Origin: Acidobacteriota bacterium
GTDB lineage: Bacteria > Acidobacteriota > Thermoanaerobaculia > Multivoradales > UBA5704
DNA length: 16,376 nt
Assembly (NCBI GenBank): GCA_040005235.1
Contig: JBDTZG010000091.1
Location: forward strand, 1 to 16,376
Direction of reading: 5' to 3'
Shown here: one piece after another, positions 8,229 to 15,738 of the stretch
Layout of the letters: every line of letters begins with the position of its first letter
Numbering within the stretch: position 1 is the stretch's first letter
The notes under the pieces: generated by a model
The model's input: only the letters and a program-made list of their open reading frames with translations
Told to the model about the DNA's origin: nothing
Databases searched by the model: none
Translations under genes and position numbers: made by a program

Positions 8229-8558
8229 CTACGGCTTGCAACCTCCGTTTCCATCAATGTCGCAACCGGCCTCCCGATCGACCGCCAGGCCGCTCCGGCA
8301 ACTTCCGTTCCCATCAATGCCGCAACCGATCTCCCTCTCGGCCGCCGCACCGCTCCGGCAACGGCCATCCGGATCCATGATGCACCCCTCCTCTCCCCAA
8401 ACCGCCGACAGGGAGCCCCAGAGCCGGCCGACCCACGACGACACCCCTCCCTCATCCCACCCTGAGGAAGCTCGGGCTGCAGGGGGGCTCAAGAACGCCA
8501 AGACGAGAAAGCACAGGACCAAGGCGGGAACCAACGGACGCGACGTCGGTTTGGACAT
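8229..8558 (-). CDS. Secreted multi-core peptide precursor (109 aa) with three GCx[IM]D[PG][DN]GxC cores
   Basis: AAGGAG RBS at 8571-8566. Sec-type signal peptide ending in A-R-A, then a Trp-rich segment SWVGRLWGSLSAVWG, then cores GCIMDPDGRC, GCGIDGNGSC and GCDIDGNGGC. Confidence 0.88.
   Translation of the reverse strand: MSKPTSRPLVPALVLCFLVLAFLSPPAARASSGWDEGGVSSWVGRLWGSLSAVWGEEGCIMDPDGRCRSGAAAEREIGCGIDGNGSCRSGLAVDREAGCDIDGNGGCKP
8238..8390 (-). repeat. 60-bp (20-codon) tandem repeat encoding the three peptide cores
   Basis: Cores at 8358-8387, 8298-8327 and 8238-8267, with an exact 60-bp period. Linkers are RSGAAAEREI and RSGLAVDREA. Confidence 0.93.
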
Positions 8559-8584
8559 GACGGTTCTCCTTACGCCGAGGGATA

Positions 8585-8632
8585 CGTGGCGTTATGCCAC
8601 GCTCTTCGACGAAAAAACCGGACTTTTCCGGT
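8585..8632. promoter_or_regulatory. Two palindromes in the divergent peptide/double-HTH spacer, candidate operators
   Basis: CGTGGC-GTTAT-GCCACG at 8585-8601 and ACCGGA-CTTT-TCCGGT at 8617-8632, both with perfect 6-bp arms. Confidence 0.45.
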
Positions 8633-8641
8633 AAAACCATC

Positions 8642-9949
8642 ATGATTCATGATTCCGATTCTCTTCACACCCCCGAAGAAAGGCGTTTCCACCCCGCGGC
8701 GATCGTCGTTCGCCTTCTTCTCGCGTTGGGTGCGCTCACCCAGGCGCGACTCGCGAAAGCCTCCGGGGTCGATCAGAGCCTCATCTCGTTTTTTCAGCGG
8801 GGAGAGAAGGTCCCGAGCCCCGCGACACTCGCGCGGCTTGCCCAGGCCGCCGTCTGGCCCCTCCCCTTGGTCGAGCAGATGGCCGCCGCCGCAATCCGGT
8901 TCCGCGACAACCCGACGACGCTGTCGCTCGACTCACCCGCCGCCGCAATTGGCCGGCAGGTCGCGATCCTCGTCGAGGCCGCTCTGTTCGACCTTTGGTT
9001 GCTCCTACGGGCCGACCGCTCCGCGCGCATCCCGCGCGAGCCTTCCGCTCAAGATGCAATCGCCGAGGATCTCTGGGCACGGTTGAAGACTCTCAACGCT
9101 CGCCAGCGGCGAGTCCTGGTTGACTTCTCTCCGGCCTTCCGTCAGCCGAGCCTTGTTCTTCGGCTGGAACTTGAGAGCGAGCGGCTCGCCGCCGAGCGTC
9201 CTGCGGACGCCGCAGAACTCGCCCGGCTCGCGCAGCACATCGCGTCGCTTTGCAGGGACGCCAAGGCTACCCCGGCAGGCCCGACGCGGCGAGGTCGCGC
9301 AGCTCCTCGGCAACCTCTTGAAGCGCCCGCCGAAAGGTGTTTTCGCCACGAGGCGATCGTTATTCGCCTCCTTCTCGCCCTAGGAGGGCTCACCCGGGCG
9401 CGACTCGCAGAAGCCTCCGGGGTCGACCTGAGTCTCATCTCGTTTTTTCAGCGGGGCAAGCTGGTCCCGAGCCCCGAGACGCTCGCGCGGCTAGCCCAAG
9501 CCGCCGGCTGGCCCCTTCCCCTGGTCGAGCCGATGGCCACCGCCGCAATCCGATTCCGCGACAACCCCGCGATCCTCGAACCGGTGCCGCTCGAATCCCC
9601 CGCCGCCGACGTCGGCCGCCGGGTCGCGGTCCTCGCCGAGGCGGCTTTGCTCGACTTCGGCGTGCTCCTACCGGGCCACCGCTCCGCGCGCACCCCGAGC
9701 GAGCCTTCCGCTGACGATGCGATCGCCGAGGATCTTTGGGCGCGGTTAAAGACTCTTGACCCTCGCCAGCGCCGGGTCTTGATCGACTTCTCTTCGGCCT
9801 TTCGTCAGAAGAGCCTCGCCCTTCGCTTGGCCCAGGAGGGGGAGCACCTGGCGGTGGACCGTCCCGAGGAAGCGGCCGAGCTGGCCCGGCTCGCGCTGCA
9901 TGTCGAGGCGCTGTGCGGGTGGCTCGTTTTAAGGCGCTCGCGCACCTGA
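8642..9949 (+). CDS. Tandem-duplicated XRE-HTH + helical domain protein lacking the TPR array
   Basis: Two copies of LT[QR]ARLA[KE]ASGVD.SLISFFQRG..VPSP.TLARLAQAA, each followed by AEDLWARLKTL..RQRRVL.DFS.AFRQ.SL.LRL..E.E.LA..RP..AAELARLA. The start may be 8594 or 8642. Confidence 0.88.
   Translation: MIHDSDSLHTPEERRFHPAAIVVRLLLALGALTQARLAKASGVDQSLISFFQRGEKVPSPATLARLAQAAVWPLPLVEQMAAAAIRFRDNPTTLSLDSPAAAIGRQVAILVEAALFDLWLLLRADRSARIPREPSAQDAIAEDLWARLKTLNARQRRVLVDFSPAFRQPSLVLRLELESERLAAERPADAAELARLAQHIASLCRDAKATPAGPTRRGRAAPRQPLEAPAERCFRHEAIVIRLLLALGGLTRARLAEASGVDLSLISFFQRGKLVPSPETLARLAQAAGWPLPLVEPMATAAIRFRDNPAILEPVPLESPAADVGRRVAVLAEAALLDFGVLLPGHRSARTPSEPSADDAIAEDLWARLKTLDPRQRRVLIDFSSAFRQKSLALRLAQEGEHLAVDRPEEAAELARLALHVEALCGWLVLRRSRT
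8672..9916 (+). repeat. Intragenic direct duplication: about 8672-9253 and 9326-9916
   Basis: Nucleotide-level similarity throughout. The offset is 654 bp at the start and 663 bp at the end (9-bp in-frame indel). Confidence 0.93.
9864..9905 (+). repeat. Direct repeat copy 1 (partner at 11119-11160)
   Basis: CCGAGGAAGCGGCCGAGCTGGCCCGGCTCGC versus CCGAGGAAGCGGCCGGGCTGACCCGGCTCGC: 29/31 identical, and 35/42 over the extended match (hand count). Confidence 0.85.
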
Positions 9950-9968
9950 TCTTTTAAAGGAGGTCGAA

Positions 9969-10646
9969 ATGCGTCGAATTGCTGCTGCTCTGCTGATCGT
10001 CGTCCCAACCCTTGCCGGGGCTGCCCACGGCCAGGATTCTCCGCGGCCGCCCTGGAAGTGGACCGATGAGGAGCGAATCGCCAAACGCTATGACCCTTCT
10101 TCCATGCACTCCCGCGAAAACGACTACATCGCGAAGACGGAAGGCGCCGCTGTTGCCATCGGACGCGACGTCGTGGATGGCGACAAAAACCCCGAGCTCT
10201 TCCTACCCTCCGAGGTCTATCAAGGCCTCCTCAGGCGGGCCTTCTCTTCCGTGCCCGAGGCCAGCCAGGTCTTTCGCGACGGATATCAGTCCAAGTCCGG
10301 TGGCCTGCGGATCGACGACGACTTCTGGCAGCGACTTGAACGAACCGCCCGGCCCTATCTGGATTCGACCAAGGCGCAGCTAGCGCTCGTGAAGGAGTAT
10401 CAGACGGCGCACCCCGGCAGGCGGGCGGAAATCGACCGCCAGGCCGACGAGCGCGGCATCACGGATTGCCGGCTGGTCATCCAGAACCTCGAGGCGGCGC
10501 GCGCGACCTTCGGCCGGGAGGCGTTCGATCGCTTCCTCTACGAGGCTGTTGCGCCCGGCATGTCCAGTATCTCCGTCAATGGTGCCTCCGTCGACAGCTA
10601 CCTCTCCGCCGACCACCTTCGCTACCTCGCAGGAGGCTGCCAATGA
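9969..10646 (+). CDS. Secreted helical hypothetical protein (225 aa)
   Basis: AAGGAGG RBS at 9957-9963 and signal peptide ending A-H-G. It has two Cys (DCRL and terminal GGCQ). No family assigned. Confidence 0.85.
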   Translation: MRRIAAALLIVVPTLAGAAHGQDSPRPPWKWTDEERIAKRYDPSSMHSRENDYIAKTEGAAVAIGRDVVDGDKNPELFLPSEVYQGLLRRAFSSVPEASQVFRDGYQSKSGGLRIDDDFWQRLERTARPYLDSTKAQLALVKEYQTAHPGRRAEIDRQADERGITDCRLVIQNLEAARATFGREAFDRFLYEAVAPGMSSISVNGASVDSYLSADHLRYLAGGCQ

Positions 10647-11110
10647 AAGCCACCCGACTGGCCCCCTGGATCTTGATCGCTTGCTGTCTCGCCTGGGGGC
10701 TGATCCCCGCTTTCGCTATCGGTGAGCACTTCGAGGGTGGCGTCATGGTGAACCAACGGCCCCGCGCCGTCGACTCCGCCAGCGAGGCTACGTTGTTGAC
10801 GGGCATGAACACCGTCTCACAGAACAGCATCATCAAGGGGACTCATTTCCTCCTCTTGGACGGAAATATTCGGATCGCCGGGGGAACCTGGATCGGTGTC
10901 ACCGAATACATTGGATACGTGCGCACCCCGAGCCAAGAGGGGCGGTGCTATCTCGCGACGTTCGACGCGTACTACCCCCCTGATCCTAATGTCTTTGGCA
11001 TCTGGGGCTCCCCAATTGTCTGCGTCCCCGAACATTCGATGGATTGCGGACACTGTGGCCCGGGAACGGGCAATCCCTGTACCCTGGACACGGAGGAAAT
11101 CCCGGAGTAG
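10643..11110 (+). CDS. Secreted Cys-rich hypothetical protein (155 aa), possibly truncated
   Basis: Start re-called to ATG 10643 (ATGA overlap with the upstream stop). Signal peptide MKATRLAPWILIACCLAWGLIPAFA, a beta-strand-like body, and five Cys in the C-terminal third. Confidence 0.8.
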   Translation: MKATRLAPWILIACCLAWGLIPAFAIGEHFEGGVMVNQRPRAVDSASEATLLTGMNTVSQNSIIKGTHFLLLDGNIRIAGGTWIGVTEYIGYVRTPSQEGRCYLATFDAYYPPDPNVFGIWGSPIVCVPEHSMDCGHCGPGTGNPCTLDTEEIPE

Positions 11111-11118
11111 CGCGTTTA

Positions 11119-11160
11119 CCGAGGAAGCGGCCGGGCTGACCCGGCTCGCCGAGTACGTCG
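11119..11160 (+). repeat. Direct repeat copy 2; orphan coding remnant of an HTH/TPR-family gene
   Basis: Intergenic, yet translates EEAAGLTRLAEYVA, compared with EEAAELARLALHVE near the end of the double-HTH gene. Confidence 0.85.
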
Positions 11161-11177
11161 CCACGGCAAATCCGTCG

Positions 11178-13217
11178 TCAGCCCGCGAGCCCCTTGAGCT
11201 GCTTTTCCAGCCGCTTGCGGTGGCGGTTTTCGGGGTCCATCTGGACCAGGATCTTGAGCGCCAGCTCCGCCGAGCTGCTCTGGCCTTGGGCGAGGAACGC
11301 CTCCACTTGGCGGACGCCCTGCTCGATCGACTCGTGGCGCCGGTGCGCCGTCTCGGTCGAATCGATCTGGGCGAGCAGCCGGTCGCCCTGTTCGGCGCCT
11401 TCCGGCAGGCGCGCCAGCTCGTGCGCTGCTTGCCGGGCGGTCAGGAAATCCTTTTTTACGATCGCCTCGGCGGTCCGCCGCGCCAGCTCCGCGGAGCGGG
11501 CTTCGGTGCCAAGCGTCGCGCGCGCCGCGTCGATCCTTTCGCGATAGGCGTCGAGCATGACCCGCGGCACGTCGAGACGGGCTAGGTCGCCCAGCTCGCG
11601 CTCCGCCTCGGCGATCTTGCGGTTCGCAAGAAGCGTTTCGAGCCGGCGCCTACGGGCGGCGACGTCGATCGAATCGCGGTCCTCCCGCTCGGCGGCGACG
11701 ATCGACTCTTCGAGCGAAGCGACTCTTTCCACCGAGCCGCCGATCCGGCGCACGATCTCCACCTGGCTTCGCGCCCCGCGTAGGTCGCCCCGGAGGAGGG
11801 CGGCCCGGCCCTGCTCCAGAACGTCCTCGATCCGGCGATCGCGCTCGATCTCCTCAGCCAGGTTGGAGATGCGCGCCTCCATCTCGCTGCGCCTCGGATA
11901 ATTGGCCATCTGTTCGAGCAGGCTTTCAAGAGCGAACCGGGCGAGCGCCAACTGGCTCTTGGCCAAATACCCTTCGAGCACGCGTTCGGTTTCCCGGACG
12001 CTCGCTCCTATCTGATTCTTCGCTTCGGCCTCGGCCAGGCTCCGGCGCACGGCTTCGAGACCGGGCGTTTGCGGGTTGGTCGCTTCCAGCTTGTGCATTA
12101 GGTCGGCGGCTTGGACCAACTGCCCGGCAGCGATCGCCTCGCGGGCTCGCCCGAGCACCTGGTCGCCTTCCCGGGCTCGCGCCGCCGCCTTTTCGATCTG
12201 GGCGAGCAGCTCCATGCGTTCCTCACGGGTGAGCTCGGAAGAGCTGCGCGGTTTCTGGACCGCGGCCAGAGGGCTGAGCCGCCCGGCAGAGCCGACGAGC
12301 CTCGCGGGAATCTGGATCTCCTGGGTCGCCGCGGGGCTCAGGCCGTGTCCCACTTTTTCGAGCGCCAGGATGAAGCTCACCGCATCGGGAAAGCGCTGCT
12401 CGCGCTCGCGCTCCAGAGCCCGCAGGACCACCCGATCGAGCTCCGCCGGCACCGGAATCGCGGGATTGCGCCCGGACAGCGGCAGCGGATCCTCGGAAAG
12501 CCGCTTGAAGATGAAGCCGTGAGGGCTTTCCGAATCGAACGGCGGCCGGCCGCAGATCATCTCGTAGAGCACCAGGGCGAACGAATAGATGTCGCTCCGC
12601 CGATCGAGGCCCGCTTCGCTCGCCCCCGGACCGGCCTGCTCGGGCGAGCAGTACTGGAGCTTGCCCATGAACATGCCGGCCTTCGTGATCTCCAGGTTCG
12701 CATCGGGACCCGGATCGCGGGCGAGGCCGAGATCGATGATCTTCACCCGCAGCTGGCCGCGGCGGTCCTCGGTGATCATCAGGTTGTCGGGCGACAGGTC
12801 GCGGTGGATGACGCCGGTCGAGTGGATCGCCTCCAGGCCGCGCAGAGTCTGAATGCCGAGTTGGACCGCCACCGCTACCGGGAACGGCCCTTCGCGGCGC
12901 AGGCGATCGCCCACGTCCTGGCCCTCGATGTACTCCCAGACCATATAGAAGCTGCCGTCGGCGAGCCGGGAGTAGTCGTAGAGGATGGCGACGTTCGGGT
13001 GTTTGATCTGGGTGGCGAGCCGGGCTTCGCGCAGGAATCGGGCTTGAGCCACCGGGTCGGTCGCGAGATCCTGACGCAGGATTTTGACCACCCTCAGCTC
13101 CTGGAGGTGGAGATGGCGGACGAGATAGACCTCGCCCATGCCGCCGGCACCCAAGGGGCGTACGATCTCGTACTTGCCCTCGAGAACCGAGCCGATGTCC
13201 CGCGGGCTTTCGCCCAT
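11178..13217 (-). CDS. Hanks-type Ser/Thr protein kinase with a C-terminal helical/TPR-like region, no obvious transmembrane segment
   Basis: Motifs LGAGGMGEVY, VVKIL, HPNV, IHRDLSPDN, IIDLGLA, YCSPEQ, DRRSDIYS. Start re-called to ATG 13217 with GGAGG at 13226-13222. Confidence 0.95.
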   Translation of the reverse strand: MGESPRDIGSVLEGKYEIVRPLGAGGMGEVYLVRHLHLQELRVVKILRQDLATDPVAQARFLREARLATQIKHPNVAILYDYSRLADGSFYMVWEYIEGQDVGDRLRREGPFPVAVAVQLGIQTLRGLEAIHSTGVIHRDLSPDNLMITEDRRGQLRVKIIDLGLARDPGPDANLEITKAGMFMGKLQYCSPEQAGPGASEAGLDRRSDIYSFALVLYEMICGRPPFDSESPHGFIFKRLSEDPLPLSGRNPAIPVPAELDRVVLRALEREREQRFPDAVSFILALEKVGHGLSPAATQEIQIPARLVGSAGRLSPLAAVQKPRSSSELTREERMELLAQIEKAAARAREGDQVLGRAREAIAAGQLVQAADLMHKLEATNPQTPGLEAVRRSLAEAEAKNQIGASVRETERVLEGYLAKSQLALARFALESLLEQMANYPRRSEMEARISNLAEEIERDRRIEDVLEQGRAALLRGDLRGARSQVEIVRRIGGSVERVASLEESIVAAEREDRDSIDVAARRRRLETLLANRKIAEAERELGDLARLDVPRVMLDAYRERIDAARATLGTEARSAELARRTAEAIVKKDFLTARQAAHELARLPEGAEQGDRLLAQIDSTETAHRRHESIEQGVRQVEAFLAQGQSSSAELALKILVQMDPENRHRKRLEKQLKGLAG

Positions 13218-13243
13218 CGCGCCTCCGTTCGAAAACAGCCCGT

Positions 13244-13249
13244 ATTGTA
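13244..13249 (-). promoter_or_regulatory. Putative -10 element (TACAAT) for the kinase gene
   Basis: 5/6 match to TATAAT about 27 bp upstream of the re-called ATG, in a GC-rich context. No clear -35. Confidence 0.45.
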
Positions 13250-13449
13250 GCGCCGCTTCCCTCGCGTACCGTTCGCCTTCCACCATGAGCATGTCATTCC
13301 AGGCGAAGAGGTCGGCCTCGGCGTTACCGATCGCGGGCCACGCTCCCGCTCTCCTCCCGATCCCTGCATCCCCAAGGTGCGCCGGAGGAAAGAAACGAGC
13401 CGGCGGGGTCCGCTCATCCGCTATCCTTTGGCGATCCTCAATTCGCTCC

Positions 13450-15621
13450 ATGATCCGACTTCGCCAAATTCCTCAGCTCACACTCGCCCGGATCGCGGCT
13501 TTCGCGGTACTGCTGGCCCTCGGAATCCTCGGCGCATGCTCGCGGGAGGAGGTCTCGAAACCAAGGCCAAGGAATCTCGTTTTGGTGACGATCGATACGC
13601 TTCGGCGCGACCATGTCGGGGCCTACGGCGACGCCCAAGCAGCCACCCCGGCGCTCGACGAATTGGCGCGAGAGGGTCTTCGGTTCGACGCCGCGACCGC
13701 CAACGCCCCTCTGACCCTGGTTTCTCATTCGAGCCTTCTTTCCGGTTTGTTGCCGCCGCATCACGGATTACGCAACAACGGTGCCGGTGCTTTCCCCGCG
13801 GATAGCGAGACGCTCGCCACTGTGCTTTCGGCCGCGGGCTACGAGACCGGCGCGTTCGTTTCCGCGTTCGTGCTCGACCGGCGGTTCGGCCTCGGCCGCG
13901 GCTTTGCGGCCTATGACGACGAGATCGAGCGCGAGCCGGGAGGCCGTCCGTCGCTCGAAGCCGAGCGGCGCGGCGACCAGGCGATGGACCGGGCGCTCGC
14001 CTGGCTCGACGAGAAGACGAAGGGCGAAGCTCAGAAACCCTTCTTCCTCTGGGTCCATCTCTACGACCCGCACGCCCCCTACGCTCCGCCATCGCCATTT
14101 CGCGAACGTTTCCCGGGCGATCCCTACCGCGGCGAGATCGCGTTTGCCGATTCCCAGGTCGGGCGCCTGCTCGAAGATCTCGATCGCCGCGGACTCTCCG
14201 GCTCCACTCTGATCGCCGTCGCCGCGGATCATGGCGAGGGCCTAGGCGAGCACGGCGAAGCGACTCACGGCATGCTGATCTACGAGTCGACTCTCGCGGT
14301 GCCGCTGTTGCTGCGCGGCCCGGGCCTTCTGCCGCGAACGATCGCCGTGCCGGTCGGCCTGTGCGATCTGGGCCCCACCCTCGCGGGCCTGCTCGGCCAC
14401 CCCTTCCCGCCACCCGCGGCCGGCAAGACGCTCGACGGCCGCGATCTTTCCGACTCGCTTCGCCAGGGCAAAGAACCCGCGCGGGGCGAGGTCTACGCCG
14501 AGACCCGCTACCCCGAAATTTTCGGCTGGAGCCCGCTCTCGATGCTCCGGCGACGCGACGCGAAATACATCTCGGCGCCGCGCCCGGAGCTCTACGACTT
14601 GGCGAGCGACCCGGGCGAGCGACGGAACTTGCTATCGCCGCGACCTGCTCCGACAGCGCAAGATCCGGGCGCCGGCTTCGCGGCGCGCCTGGCGGAGATC
14701 GAAGCCGGCGCGGTGCAGACGACGTCACCGCCGATCGATGCCGAGACCGCGGCGAGGCTCGCGAGCCTCGGTTACGTCGCCGGAGGAAACCGCCAAATCC
14801 CCACACAGGCGGGCGCCGGGCGACCCGATCCGAAAGACCGGATCGGCTTGTTCCAGCGCTTCGAGGCGGCCGCCCTGGCACTCCGTTCGGGCGACTCGGC
14901 CCGGGCGATCTCCGAGCTGCGTTCCCTCGCCGCCGCCGATCCCGGCAACTCGACCTTCCGGAGCCGCCTCGCCCAGGCGCTGCGCGAGAGCGGCCGGCCG
15001 GCCGAGGCGGTCCCCGTGCTGCGCGAAGCGGCGCTCGCGGCTCCCGCCGATCCCGACGTCTGGTACGACCTCGCGGTGGCGCTCCAAGGAATCGGCCGAG
15101 CTGCCGAGGCGCAGATCGCGATCGAGCGCGCGATCCAGCTCGACGACACGCGCCCCGACCCGCACAACACCTTGGGGCTGCTGCTGCTCGCCCAAGGGCA
15201 CGGCGAGGAGGCGCGGCGCCAGTTCGAGCGCGCGGTAGAGATCGATCCGCGCGGCTCGGTCGCCCTCAACAACTTAGGCAACACCCTGCGCAGCCTCGGC
15301 CGGACGGCCGAAGCCGAGGGGGCGTACCGGCGCGCGATCGCCGCGGCCCCCGCCTACGCCGAGCCCTGGAACGGACTCGGGGCGCTCCTGGTCGAGGCCA
15401 ATCGCCCGCGCGAAGCAATAGACTGCTTCGATCGATCTAGAAAGCTCGCCCCGGGAAACCTGGAGACCCTGATCAACCGGGGCATCGCGTTGGAGCTGGC
15501 CGGCGACCGGAGCGGCGCCGCCGCGAGCTATCGCGATTTCCTCGCCGCCGCGGGCGGCGCCCCGGCCTGGGCCGAACAACGCCGGGCCGCCCAACAGCTG
15601 CTCGCCCGCCTCGTCCGCTGA
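13450..15621 (+). CDS. Sulfatase-like (alkaline phosphatase superfamily) lipoprotein with C-terminal TPR repeats
   Basis: Start re-called to ATG 13450. Lipobox LGAC, NLVLVTIDTLRRDH, TLVSHSSLLSG, HLYDPHAPY, ADHGEGLGEHGE, PELYDLASDPGE, then canonical TPRs (ALNNLGNTLRSLGRTAEAEGAYRRAIAAAP). Confidence 0.93.
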   Translation: MIRLRQIPQLTLARIAAFAVLLALGILGACSREEVSKPRPRNLVLVTIDTLRRDHVGAYGDAQAATPALDELAREGLRFDAATANAPLTLVSHSSLLSGLLPPHHGLRNNGAGAFPADSETLATVLSAAGYETGAFVSAFVLDRRFGLGRGFAAYDDEIEREPGGRPSLEAERRGDQAMDRALAWLDEKTKGEAQKPFFLWVHLYDPHAPYAPPSPFRERFPGDPYRGEIAFADSQVGRLLEDLDRRGLSGSTLIAVAADHGEGLGEHGEATHGMLIYESTLAVPLLLRGPGLLPRTIAVPVGLCDLGPTLAGLLGHPFPPPAAGKTLDGRDLSDSLRQGKEPARGEVYAETRYPEIFGWSPLSMLRRRDAKYISAPRPELYDLASDPGERRNLLSPRPAPTAQDPGAGFAARLAEIEAGAVQTTSPPIDAETAARLASLGYVAGGNRQIPTQAGAGRPDPKDRIGLFQRFEAAALALRSGDSARAISELRSLAAADPGNSTFRSRLAQALRESGRPAEAVPVLREAALAAPADPDVWYDLAVALQGIGRAAEAQIAIERAIQLDDTRPDPHNTLGLLLLAQGHGEEARRQFERAVEIDPRGSVALNNLGNTLRSLGRTAEAEGAYRRAIAAAPAYAEPWNGLGALLVEANRPREAIDCFDRSRKLAPGNLETLINRGIALELAGDRSGAAASYRDFLAAAGGAPAWAEQRRAAQQLLARLVR

Positions 15622-15738
15622 TTTTCCGTTCGGTAAACGAAAAGGCCTCCCGGGGACGGACCCTCTCGACCCTTCGGGCAGGTTGGCGTAGTCTATGGAG
15701 TAACGTCCCTTGACGTTCTTCCAAAGGAGATTGCAGCG

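Noticed and set aside
8229-8558. Complete RiPP biosynthetic cluster
   Set aside because: No radical SAM, YcaO, lanthipeptide synthetase, ATP-grasp, peptidase or exporter gene in the window.
8672-9916. Diversity-generating retroelement template/variable repeat pair
   Set aside because: Both copies are in one ORF, the differences are not adenine-specific, and there is no reverse transcriptase in the window.
10466-10642. N-terminal extension of ORF 10466..11110
   Set aside because: It overlaps the upstream gene. ATG 10643 gives ATGA coupling and a clean signal peptide.
13138-13451. Long N-terminal extensions of the kinase and sulfatase-like ORFs that overlap head-to-head
   Set aside because: Better starts exist at 13217 (GGAGG, upstream TACAAT) and 13450 (lipoprotein signal), which removes the overlap.
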